Origin: a virus
IMG/VR virus record: IMGVR_UViG_3300048915_000044
Location: 264 to 64,263 of that record
DNA: 64,000 bases
Direction: 5' to 3' (one strand)
Shown here: positions 56,177 through 64,000 of the stretch, piece by piece
Layout: each line of letters starts with the position of its first letter
Position numbering within the stretch: position 1 is the first letter of the stretch
The notes under the pieces: generated by a model
Databases searched by the model: none
What the model was told of the DNA's origin: nothing
What the model saw: the letters and a program-made list of their open reading frames with translations, nothing else
Made by a program: the position numbers and the translations under genes

Positions 56177-56488
56177 ATGGCCGACATGCTGTGGAAGAGC
56201 CAGGCGAGCCCGATGCAATGGGGCGCGCCAGATCAGTTCTCCGTGGGCTACCCAACGGCTGGCGATCTCGCCACGTTGACGCCGCCGACCCATGTGGGAG
56301 CGAACTGGTTCCTCGGCGCCTACCAAGAAATCCGCACGGTGATCGCCGCTGCCGGCCTCGTGTTCGACCCCACGGATACCGGCCAGCTGCTGCTGGCCAT
56401 CACCGAAATCCTCAAGCCGACCTTTGAGCTTCGCGAAGACGGCTCTTTTGAGCTTCGCGAAGACGGGTCCATCGAACTCCGGAACTGA
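56177..56488 (+). CDS. Fibre-anchor-domain protein 3 with ELREDGS tail
   Basis: GYP...EIRTVI.AAGL...QL..AI then FELREDGSFELREDGSIELRN. Confidence 0.8.
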   Translation: MADMLWKSQASPMQWGAPDQFSVGYPTAGDLATLTPPTHVGANWFLGAYQEIRTVIAAAGLVFDPTDTGQLLLAITEILKPTFELREDGSFELREDGSIELRN

Positions 56489-56491
56489 CCA

Positions 56492-58543
56492 ATGCCAGCC
56501 ATCAACAAGACGACCACCGCAGAAAACGCAGCGGGGCCGCTGACGGGGACTGAGCTCGTCCGAGGGGTTCAGGGCGGTGACAACGTCAAGATGACGACGC
56601 AGGCCATTGCCGACCTGGGCTATGCCTCGCCGTTGGCTTCGACCGGCGACCTGGTCGTTCACGGTGCCGGCTCTGATCAGCGGTTGCCGGCCGGTCCGGA
56701 TGGCTATGCCCTGCTGACAGACAGCACGCAAACGCTCGGTGTGAAGTGGTCCAACGCGCTTGCGAACAAGACCGACCTGGCGGACACCGCCAATTCCGCC
56801 AACGGCGATGCAATGCTCGGCGTCAAGACGTCAGTTGCTGGGGCGGTGGCGACGACGCAGCACCAAGTCAACGAAGAGCGGACCAGCGTGTTCCAGCTCA
56901 TGACGCCCACGCAGATCAGCACGATCACGGCGGACACGGGCGCTTCCGGCGCTGTTTGCGGCGTGGCATTCCAGGCGGGTCTGGATGGGCTGGTGCTGAC
57001 CTCGGTACCGCATGGCACTTTCCAGATCGAGACACCACAGCTCATCAAGAACGGTACCCATCGGGTGACCGTTCGGGGCGACACCCGGATTCGCTCGATC
57101 CTGCAGCCCAACGCGGTCAGCATCGCGGCCGCCCCGGTGAACGTGAACGCGTTGTTCATCAACCAGGACAACAACCCGCACTTCTGCATGGAAAACCTGC
57201 GGATGACTGCCTCGGTTGGCTACACCGGGGTTGGCATCTATTGCGTGGAGGGTGGTGGCGCTGACGCTTCGGGACAGTGCATGTTCTCGGGCATCTTCCG
57301 CAACCTGTGGATCGACTTTCCGTCCACCAACACCGGCTTCCTGACCGGCGCCACGCAGAACACCATTTTCGACACGATCACGTTCGAGAACATGAAGGGC
57401 TGTTTCACCCTTCAGGGTGTCGGCAGCCTGGACAATTTCTACACCAACATCTCGCTGTCGAATTGCTACGACCAGCTCATTCTCCAGACGGCTGACACGA
57501 ATGGCGCGTTCGCGTCGACGGTACGCGGCGTGCATGCCTACGGTCATCAGCGGGGACGTCTCTTTGACGTCCAGAACTGGACTGGCGGAGTCATTGACGA
57601 CGTGTACTTCGAGGCCGCGGCGGGCAACCTCGGAACCACGGGCATCGGCCACTTCAAGTCGTGCACTGGCACGGTGCTGAGCAACTTCTACGCGCTGACC
57701 CGCTCAGGCGTTCCGGCGTGCGCCACCGGCCTGGAGTTCGACACCTGCGTCGCCAAAGTCGAAAAGGGCTTCATCAACGCCGACATCGGCATCCGCTTGA
57801 GCGGAACGGGCGCGATGTCGCTGGACATCGTGAACGTGGACTTCACGAACTGCACCACGGCGTGCATGCAGTTCTTCGGCAACTTCCCCGGCACGGTGCG
57901 CACGCGCGGCTGCAAGTTCAACAGCAGTCAGGGCTACTGCGCGGTGTATCAGGTTGGAGGCTCCAACGACTGGTATTCGACCGATGACGAATTCCTAGAC
58001 GCCGGCCTTGGTGGCAATGCCTCCTACCGCAACCTTGCGCTGACCACCAGCGGCAAGATCGTGATGACGCGGCCGAAGATCGGTCGCACCACGAACTCTG
58101 CCGTCGCGTCTTCCTGGATCGAGGCCACGGGCACTGGCACGGTGGACATCTACGACCCGATCTTCATCGGCTCGCCGCCCACCTCGATCATGAGCTCCGC
58201 CAGCACCCAGGTGGTGAATGTCCATGTCACGCAGCCCACTGGCGTGACGCGCGTGACGACCTCGACCTATACCGTGCTCGATAGTGATCGGGACATCATC
58301 GTCAACTTCGCCGGCACGTGCACGCTCACGCTCCCCTCGATTGGATCGTCTGGCGCGTTCTTTGGCCGGCGAATCAACGTGCGCACCGTCACGGCCAACG
58401 CGGTCGTTTCCGCAGCGTCGAATGTGTGCCCACCCACGACGCTGACGCCAGGCACCGCGATCCTCGCAGCCACTGCAGGCAAGTCGGCGGAGATCGTCTA
58501 TGAGCTTGCCAACTCGGTTTGGCACAACCAACTCAGCAACTAA
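56492..58543 (+). CDS. Tailspike/depolymerase (right-handed beta-helix, pectate-lyase-like)
   Basis: D.G...QA..D...VPHG.F.I...G....SIL start; N/D/G-rich helix rungs; C-terminal YTV...D..I.VN...T.TLP. Confidence 0.85.
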   Translation: MPAINKTTTAENAAGPLTGTELVRGVQGGDNVKMTTQAIADLGYASPLASTGDLVVHGAGSDQRLPAGPDGYALLTDSTQTLGVKWSNALANKTDLADTANSANGDAMLGVKTSVAGAVATTQHQVNEERTSVFQLMTPTQISTITADTGASGAVCGVAFQAGLDGLVLTSVPHGTFQIETPQLIKNGTHRVTVRGDTRIRSILQPNAVSIAAAPVNVNALFINQDNNPHFCMENLRMTASVGYTGVGIYCVEGGGADASGQCMFSGIFRNLWIDFPSTNTGFLTGATQNTIFDTITFENMKGCFTLQGVGSLDNFYTNISLSNCYDQLILQTADTNGAFASTVRGVHAYGHQRGRLFDVQNWTGGVIDDVYFEAAAGNLGTTGIGHFKSCTGTVLSNFYALTRSGVPACATGLEFDTCVAKVEKGFINADIGIRLSGTGAMSLDIVNVDFTNCTTACMQFFGNFPGTVRTRGCKFNSSQGYCAVYQVGGSNDWYSTDDEFLDAGLGGNASYRNLALTTSGKIVMTRPKIGRTTNSAVASSWIEATGTGTVDIYDPIFIGSPPTSIMSSASTQVVNVHVTQPTGVTRVTTSTYTVLDSDRDIIVNFAGTCTLTLPSIGSSGAFFGRRINVRTVTANAVVSAASNVCPPTTLTPGTAILAATAGKSAEIVYELANSVWHNQLSN

Positions 58544-58554
58544 GGGCCGGCGGC

Positions 58555-58737
58555 ATGAACCACCACGACACGTCATGGCTGCCTGTGTGGGCCTCCTGGA
58601 TCGCCAACGGAGCCCTGTGGTTCACCTACGGGATGAGCCCTCTGCAGATTCTGGCGCTGCTTGCGACTCTGGGGTTCACGCTCCACCGCTGGTGGCGCTG
58701 GGCACATGCCACCAAGTCAGAGTTGGATGAAAGGTGA
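58555..58737 (+). CDS. Small membrane protein, holin candidate
   Basis: Two hydrophobic segments, basic C-terminus, upstream of the lysozyme. Confidence 0.6.
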   Translation: MNHHDTSWLPVWASWIANGALWFTYGMSPLQILALLATLGFTLHRWWRWAHATKSELDER

Positions 58738-58979
58738 TCGACATGAGAACCACCGACCCAGAACCCGAGCGATTCAAAGGCCTCGGCGAACGCGTGACGA
58801 AGCCGGCCCCTGCGCCGGCGGCGCCGCCAAAGCCGCAAGGCAAAAGCGGCATCGTGACCGACGAGAAGGGCCGCATGAGCACGACCACGCACATCCCGCG
58901 CCTGACGCCGCTCGAAGAGGCGGTCTGGAACTGGCGCGAGCACTACACGGAAGACGCGCTGCTGGATTTCCTGCCATGA
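58734..58979 (+). CDS. Hypothetical protein
   Basis: Coupled ORF between the holin candidate and the lysozyme. Confidence 0.5.
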   Translation: MIDMRTTDPEPERFKGLGERVTKPAPAPAAPPKPQGKSGIVTDEKGRMSTTTHIPRLTPLEEAVWNWREHYTEDALLDFLP

Positions 58980-59419
58980 ACGCCATGCAGTACAGCCGGG
59001 ACGGACTCCACCTCACGGAGTCGTTCGAGTCGTGCAGGCTCGTCGCCTACCCTGACTCCAAAGGCGTGCCGACCATCGGATGGGGCCACACGAAGTGGGT
59101 TCACCTGGGCGACAACTGCACCCAAGCGCAGGCGGATGCGTGGTTGCTGGAAGACGTGCAGGAGGCGGTGTCTGCGGTCAATCGTCTCGTGACGGTGCCG
59201 CTGACGCAGCACCAGTTCAACGCACTCGTGGACTTCTGCTTCAACGCGGGGCAGGGCAACTTCGCCAGCTCCACGATGCTGCGCAAGCTCAATGCCCGCG
59301 ACTACGCCGGCGCCGACGCAGAGTTCGCCCGCTGGGACATGTGCGGCGGGGCTCACCTTGCGGGCCTCGCCCGTCGCCGAGCCGCCGAGGCAAACCTGTT
59401 CGAAGACGAGGGCATCTGA
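58976..59419 (+). CDS. Endolysin (GH24 lysozyme)
   Basis: E...L.AY.DS.GVPTIGWGHT...FNALVDF.FN.G...STMLRKLN...GL.RRR..E. Confidence 0.95.
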   Translation: MNAMQYSRDGLHLTESFESCRLVAYPDSKGVPTIGWGHTKWVHLGDNCTQAQADAWLLEDVQEAVSAVNRLVTVPLTQHQFNALVDFCFNAGQGNFASSTMLRKLNARDYAGADAEFARWDMCGGAHLAGLARRRAAEANLFEDEGI

Positions 59420-59673
59420 TGAGCCTCAAAGACAGATTCCTGCAGAGCGTCACGGAAAAGGACGGCGTGACCTTTTGCCCAGTTCGCATCACGGCACTGG
59501 CTGCGGTCGCTGGCTACCACTCGCTGGTGGCCTACCTCGTCAGCGTCCAGCACACGCCGCTGACCATGGCGGACTGCGGGCTCTACGCCCAGCACATGGC
59601 AACGCTTGGATCGGCGCTCGGCGTGGCCATTGGCGCCAAGTCCGTCCTGAAGGGCGACGCCCCTTCGAACTGA
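59419..59673 (+). CDS. Two-TM membrane protein (holin/antiholin-like)
   Basis: Hydrophobic segments; located in the lysis cluster. Confidence 0.55.
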   Translation: MSLKDRFLQSVTEKDGVTFCPVRITALAAVAGYHSLVAYLVSVQHTPLTMADCGLYAQHMATLGSALGVAIGAKSVLKGDAPSN

Positions 59674-59729
59674 ACAAGGGCACGCGCGGCCCTTTCTCCG
59701 CGCACCACTACTCCCCATTGGAGAACAGC

Positions 59730-59990
59730 ATGACCTTCCAAATCCTCGCCATGATCGCCAGCGCCGTCGCCCTGTTCGTCGGTGGCATCGCCACCCACGG
59801 CTGGCTGACCCGCCAGAAGACCAGCGCCATCCGCGCCGATGCCATCCATGGCGCCGTCGACGTCCTGCTCGCCGCTGCCAACACAGCCTCCGATGACGCG
59901 CAGATCCTGGCCGCCACGCAGCGCAAGCAGGCGACCGCCCTGGCCCTGCAGCATGCGCTCGAGCGCCTGACCGCCGCGAAGGCTGCGTGA
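59730..59990 (+). CDS. Small protein with N-terminal TM helix
   Basis: GGAG RBS; MTFQILAMIASAVALFVGG. Confidence 0.6.
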   Translation: MTFQILAMIASAVALFVGGIATHGWLTRQKTSAIRADAIHGAVDVLLAAANTASDDAQILAATQRKQATALALQHALERLTAAKAA

Positions 59991-60493
59991 TGCCGTTCGG
60001 CCTGTCGGCAGTCGCCGTCAAGGCGATCGGGATCGGACTGCTCGTGCTGGCGTTGCTCGGCGCCCTTGCCGGTGTCGTCCACCACCTCAAGCATGAGGGT
60101 GCGACCGAGGTCATCGCTGCTGCTGCTGCCCAACATAGCAAGGACGTGGATGCGGCACGCGCCCAGGAAGCAAGGATCGCCGCAGATCAATCGGAAGCCG
60201 CTCATGAAGCCGACAAATTCAACTCCCTTGCTGCGCGTGGCGCTGAGCATGCTGTGCGCGCTGGTGACAGCGTGCAGCACCGTTTCGACGCCATCAACGC
60301 CCGCTGTGTGCCCAGTGATACCGCCGCTTCCGCCCCAGGCCAGGCAGCCAGCGATGCCGCCGATTTGCGAGCCGACGTGTTCCGAAGGCTTCGCGAGGCT
60401 GCTGGACAGTTTGCTGCCACCGCCGACCACGCCCACGGCGCCGGCCAGCTCGCTGCGGACTCCTACGACGCACTGACCCCGGGCACTCCATGA
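59990..60493 (+). CDS. i-spanin (Rz-like)
   Basis: N-terminal TM helix plus Ala-rich coiled coil. Confidence 0.75.
   Translation: MPFGLSAVAVKAIGIGLLVLALLGALAGVVHHLKHEGATEVIAAAAAQHSKDVDAARAQEARIAADQSEAAHEADKFNSLAARGAEHAVRAGDSVQHRFDAINARCVPSDTAASAPGQAASDAADLRADVFRRLREAAGQFAATADHAHGAGQLAADSYDALTPGTP
60204..60476 (+). CDS. o-spanin (Rz1-like) embedded in the i-spanin gene
   Basis: Alternate frame; lipobox LVTA-C then Pro-rich body. Confidence 0.75.
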   Translation: MKPTNSTPLLRVALSMLCALVTACSTVSTPSTPAVCPVIPPLPPQARQPAMPPICEPTCSEGFARLLDSLLPPPTTPTAPASSLRTPTTH

Positions 60494-60855
60494 AGTCGAA
60501 ACTGCCATTCCTGACGCCAGAGCAAGACGCAGAGTTCGATCGCCTGGTGCGGGTCTGGCAGGTGAAGCTGAACCTGACCGACTGGAGAATCGAGCGCGGC
60601 GTCGGCCGCTGCAACGGCTCGATGTCGAAGGTGAAGCTGTTCTACCCGGATCGGCTCGCCTCCTACAAGACCGGCAACTGGTCTGGCCCGACAACGACGG
60701 AGGCCATCGAAGCCACAGTCGTCCATGAACTCCTGCATGTCCTGCTGTTCGAGCTCACCTATTCGGTCGCGTCAGACGCCTCCTCGCAGGTGCAGTACAG
60801 CGTCGAACACCGCGTGGTCAACACGCTTGAGAAACTGCTGATGAGGTCCGAATGA
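60490..60855 (+). CDS. Zincin-motif (HELLH) hypothetical protein
   Basis: VVHELLHV...EH.V. Confidence 0.7.
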   Translation: MKSKLPFLTPEQDAEFDRLVRVWQVKLNLTDWRIERGVGRCNGSMSKVKLFYPDRLASYKTGNWSGPTTTEAIEATVVHELLHVLLFELTYSVASDASSQVQYSVEHRVVNTLEKLLMRSE

Positions 60856-62024
60856 GCGCCGATGCCTTCAAGGAACTGAGATCGTGGGCGACCGTCCGGC
60901 AGCTCGAGTACTTGGAGGCACTGGAAAAGCACGGCAGCGAGAGGGCGGCAGCCAAGGCCCTGAACTGTGCTGCCAGCAGTCTCCGAGATTCCATGGAGTG
61001 CCTGCGCAAGAAGGCGGCGCGAATGGGCAACGCGCCCGGGCACTTCAACAGCGGTGTAGCGCCTGGCTACATCATGGGAAAGGTGACGGTTCAGCGCGCG
61101 AAGGACGGCGAGGTCGAGCGCACCTGGGAGCGGCAGTCCCCGGATCAATCGCGATGGCTAGAGGCCGCACAAGCCGCAGCGACCGCGCTCGCGGATGAGC
61201 TTCCGCGCGCGAAGCCAGTGAAGGCGCCAAAGCATTCGCTGGCGCATCTCTGCAACGTCTACACCCTAACTGACAGCCACGTTGGGGCACTCTGCTGGCA
61301 TCGCGAGGGCGGGCAGGATTGGGACCTTAAAATTGCCGAGAAGACTCTCGTTGGATGCTTTGAGCAGATGGTTTCGGCCAGCCCGGCGGCCGGCCTTGGG
61401 ATCGTCGCGCAGCTTGGCGATTTTCTGCATCAAGACTCAATTTCACCGACAACTCCGACGTCACACTTCGTCCTGGACTCAGACGGACGATTCTCCAAGG
61501 TAGTGCAGATCGCGGTGCGTATCCTGCGGCGCGTCGTTGATGTCGCATTGACGCGCCATGAGAAGGTGGTCGTCCTGATGGCGGAAGGGAACCACGACAT
61601 CTCATCGTCGATCTGGCTTCGCACCCTGTTCGCAGCGCTGTACGAGAACGAGCCGCGCGTCGAGGTCATTGACTCGCCGCTCCCGTACTACGTTTACCAG
61701 CATGGCGCGACGATGCTCGCGTGGCATCACGGACACCTTAAGAAGAATGATGCGCTGCCGCTCTTGTTCGCATCGCAGTTCCCGCAGGTCTGGGGCGCCA
61801 CCTCAAAGCGTTATGCGAGTTGCGGGCATAGGCATCATGCGGAAGAGAAGGAGCACTCCGGCATGACCGTGATTCAGCACCCGACTCTAACGGCGCGCGA
61901 CGCCTACGCGGCGCGCGGCGGCTGGATCGCCGAGCGCCAAGCAACCGCCCTGACCTTCCACGCCGCGCATGGCCTAGTGGCCCGCAATACCGTCGTCCCC
62001 GAGATGCTAGAACCTGCGGGTTGA
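60852..62024 (+). CDS. HTH + calcineurin-like metallophosphoesterase
   Basis: TDSHVG, LGDFLH, GNHD, HHGH, GHRHH; N-terminal HGSERAAAKALN. Confidence 0.85.
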   Translation: MSADAFKELRSWATVRQLEYLEALEKHGSERAAAKALNCAASSLRDSMECLRKKAARMGNAPGHFNSGVAPGYIMGKVTVQRAKDGEVERTWERQSPDQSRWLEAAQAAATALADELPRAKPVKAPKHSLAHLCNVYTLTDSHVGALCWHREGGQDWDLKIAEKTLVGCFEQMVSASPAAGLGIVAQLGDFLHQDSISPTTPTSHFVLDSDGRFSKVVQIAVRILRRVVDVALTRHEKVVVLMAEGNHDISSSIWLRTLFAALYENEPRVEVIDSPLPYYVYQHGATMLAWHHGHLKKNDALPLLFASQFPQVWGATSKRYASCGHRHHAEEKEHSGMTVIQHPTLTARDAYAARGGWIAERQATALTFHAAHGLVARNTVVPEMLEPAG

Positions 62025-62049
62025 ATGCTGGATGCATCCCCAGTAGAAT
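62021..62049 (+). promoter_or_regulatory. Sigma70-like promoter for the HNH gene
   Basis: TTGAAT-N17-TAGAAT. Confidence 0.65.
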
Positions 62050-62120
62050 TAGGCAGCCCACCGGTCGTGCGTCAACACGACCGGCAGGCCTAACCACCAA
62101 CCGTTCTTGGAGAACGATTC

Positions 62121-62841
62121 ATGGCTGATGTTGATTCTAAGGTCTGCTGCGCGTGCCATGTGCTCAAGTTGCTGACGGAGTATTCGGCAGATCGGCGATC
62201 ACCCTTGGGTGTGCAGCATCGCTGTCGAGATTGCTGCCGCGCCGCCAAGAGAGCCGCTTACCACGCTGACCCAGAGGCGGCCCGGGCGAAGCAACTGGCG
62301 TATTACAACGCCAACAAGGAACGCGTCGCAGCCATCAACGCTAGATTGCGGCAGAGACATGCGGATCGCGTGAAGGCCCGCAAGCGTGCAGCCTACTTAT
62401 GTGAGCGAGACACGCCCGAGTTCAAAGCCAAGATGCAGGCTTATGTGGCAACCACCAAGGATCGCAAGCGTGCATATGACCGCGCCTATCGGGAGCGGAA
62501 GGCCGAACACCTGAAGGCCGTCAAGGCGGCATGGATGGCCGCGAACCCCGACCTGATCAAGAGCGTGAAGAACGCCTATAAGGCTCGTCGGCGCCAGCAG
62601 GAAGCGGGAGGTGATGCCACGGCTGACATCCACGCATGGGAGCAGCGCGCGCCCAAGGTGTGTGTGCCACTGGTGCAGCGCCAAGTGCGCCAACAGTTAC
62701 CACGTCGACCACTACCAGCCGTTGTCCAAGGGTGGCATGCACGTCGTCGCGAACCTCGTGATCGCCTGCCCGACATGCAACCTGCGAAAGAACGCGAAAG
62801 ACCCGTTCGAGTTCGCCAACCAGATGGGCCGTCTGTTCTGA
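62121..62841 (+). pseudogene. Frameshifted HNH endonuclease
   Basis: N-terminal C..C/C..C part is in one frame, CHWC..HVDH..PLSKGG.H...NL..AC..CN.RK in the +1 frame; the break is at (GT)4G, 62658-62666. Confidence 0.8.
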
Positions 62842-62858
62842 CAGCCAAACGAGACCAC

Positions 62859-63308
62859 ATGAGCGACATCAAGCCAACGAACCCGAAGGATGCCGTGGGA
62901 TCGCGCAAGGCGGGCATCTCCTGCGTCCCGCTAAACGTGCTCGCAGAACTTGGCGCGGCCATGACCGAGGGTGCACTGAAATATGGGCGGCACAACTGGC
63001 GAGGCGCGGGCGTGAGAGCGTCTATCTACCTCGATGCCCAGGTCGGGCGCCATCTGTTTGACTGGTGGGAGGGTGAAGATGTCGACCCGGATAGCGGGAT
63101 CAACCATATCACCAAGGCCATTGCAGGCCTTGTCGTACTGCGCGATTCGATGATGCGCGGCAACTGGGTCGACGATCGGCCGCCGCGCTCGATGCCGTAC
63201 CGCGAGGAGTTGAACCGGAAGGTCGGCGAGATGCACGACAAGCACGCGGACAAGGCTCCACACCACTGGACCATTGGGGACGAGATTCCGAACTCGAGCG
63301 CGGCATGA
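62859..63308 (+). CDS. dATP/dGTP diphosphohydrolase (DUF5664-like)
   Basis: TNPKD..G..K...VP...AM.EGA.KYGR.NWR..GVRAS.Y..A..RHL..W..GED.D.DSG..H...A.A. Confidence 0.88.
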   Translation: MSDIKPTNPKDAVGSRKAGISCVPLNVLAELGAAMTEGALKYGRHNWRGAGVRASIYLDAQVGRHLFDWWEGEDVDPDSGINHITKAIAGLVVLRDSMMRGNWVDDRPPRSMPYREELNRKVGEMHDKHADKAPHHWTIGDEIPNSSAA

Positions 63309-63556
63309 TCCTTCTCGCCTTCTCGTCGGCATTCGTCTTCGTGCTGCTGAAGTCGTTCCAGCAGTTGAACGTCTCTGCCGGGAAGTACCTGTGGGTGCTG
63401 CCGACATCGCTGGCGATGGCGGTGTGCGAGGTCTACGTGACGTGGCAGGCTGCTACGCGCGGCTGGGGCTGGATCGTCCTGCCGCTGGGCTTCGGCGCCG
63501 GCCTGGGCGCGATGGCTGGGATGTGGCTGCACGGAAGGCTGTCGCGCCGCCGCTGA
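63305..63556 (+). CDS. Small multi-TM membrane protein
   Basis: F..V.LKSFQQ.NV...Y..V..TS..MA..EV. Confidence 0.7.
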   Translation: MILLAFSSAFVFVLLKSFQQLNVSAGKYLWVLPTSLAMAVCEVYVTWQAATRGWGWIVLPLGFGAGLGAMAGMWLHGRLSRRR

Positions 63557-63725
63557 TCCCAGAAACGCGACAGCCCCGGTCTGCAGGGCCGAGGCCGTCT
63601 TCGCTGAACCGAGTGGACGTATACCCAACAGGCCGCGCCGCCTGCCCCACTCGCCGATTCCGGGTTCCCCAGCGATGCGCGCGAAAATAGCACATCGCGC
63701 GCAATTTGTAAAGACTATTTACTCC

Positions 63726-63763
63726 GCCCCTCTGGCCTTCGGGTCAGAGGGGTGTTTTGCATT
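63726..63763 (+). terminator. Hairpin terminator between convergent units
   Basis: CCCCTCTGGCC-TTCG-GGTCAGAGGGG then TGTTTTGCATT. Confidence 0.75.
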
Positions 63764-63765
63764 TC

Positions 63766-63855
63766 TGGCGGAAGGTGAGCGGATCGAACGCTCGCGGCGC
63801 TTGCGCACCGGCTACAGGTTAGCAACCTGACCCATTGCCACTCTGGCAACCTTCC
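63766..63855 (-). tRNA. tRNA-Ser(GCU), phage-type
   Basis: GGAAGGT/ACCTTCC acceptor, TT-GCT-AA loop, long variable arm, TTCGATC T-loop, encoded CCA. Confidence 0.88.
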
Positions 63856-63857
63856 AA

Positions 63858-63941
63858 TGGCGGATCGTGAAGGAATCGAACCATCACCCTTCCGAGTGCC
63901 ACTGCTTTCGAAACAGCTTTGAGCCCTGCTCGGCACGATCC
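63858..63941 (-). tRNA. tRNA-Ser(CGA), atypical
   Basis: GGATCGT/ACGATCC acceptor, TT-CGA-AA loop, long variable arm, TTCGATT T-loop, CCA; lacks U8 and has a T-stem mismatch. Confidence 0.7.
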
Positions 63942-63950
63942 GGAACTGAT

Positions 63951-64000
63951 TGGCGGGCCATCTTGGATTTGAACCAAGAACGCGCGGCTTTGGAGGCCGG
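63951..64000 (-). tRNA. tRNA-Trp(CCA), 3' part (5' end beyond the window)
   Basis: CGGC-CTCCAAA-GCCG anticodon arm, CTTGG-TTCAAAT-CCAAG T-arm, GCCA end. Confidence 0.75.

Larger units (their letters stand above)
1..64000. mobile_element. Temperate myovirus / prophage (lambdoid early region, DUF2184 capsid, DUF3383-type sheath); both ends outside the window
   Basis: Continuous phage gene order: recombination, cI/cro, replication, Q, terminase, head, contractile tail, lysis. No host housekeeping genes seen. Confidence 0.97.

Noticed and set aside
62859-63308. Evidence for a 2-aminoadenine (Z) genome
   Set aside because: No PurZ or dedicated polymerase in the window; the diphosphohydrolase alone is not enough.
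63766-64000. tRNAs as the prophage attachment site
   Set aside because: They look divergent and phage-like, their 3' ends face into the phage, and no duplicated 3' segment or integrase is in the window. This cannot be fully excluded without flanking sequence.
1-64000. CRISPR array, IS element, integrase, rRNA
   Set aside because: No repeat-spacer periodicity, transposase or recombinase motifs, or rRNA-like sequence found by eye.

Overview
The whole window is one GC-rich temperate myovirus or prophage. The host is probably a Betaproteobacterium (Burkholderiales-like; inferred from GC content, gene style and a PEP-CTERM cargo gene). Both ends run off the window, and no integrase or att site is visible. 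Layout: (1) leftward early operon, 1-10.5 kb, with ERF recombinase, YqaJ-type exonuclease, an HNH gene and a diversity-generating retroelement (DGR) remnant; (2) cI/cro immunity region with recognisable operators, 10.5-12.1 kb; (3) rightward early/replication operon with phosphatase, HNH, DUF1376 initiator, DnaC-like loader, NinB, RusA and Q, 12.1-22.1 kb; (4) a 7.5-kb late cassette of Gly/Ser/Thr-rich, SGNH and glycoside-hydrolase-like genes plus a reverse-strand PEP-CTERM moron, 22.5-30.8 kb; (5) packaging, head and contractile tail genes, 30.9-58.5 kb, interrupted by a 1326-aa carbohydrate-enzyme-like gene; (6) lysis genes, a nucleotide-metabolism cluster and a phage-type tRNA cluster, 58.5-64 kb. 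The strongest leads are: an orphan DGR (two variable-repeat targets plus avd, but no template repeat or reverse transcriptase, with a c4-antisense-controlled HNH module where they should be); two large non-tail proteins sharing a private 20-aa N-terminal tag; three stand-alone tail-fibre anchor paralogues ahead of a tailspike; and a (GT)n slip that fuses an HNH N-terminus to a dNTP diphosphohydrolase. Family names come from motif recognition by eye, not from database searches.
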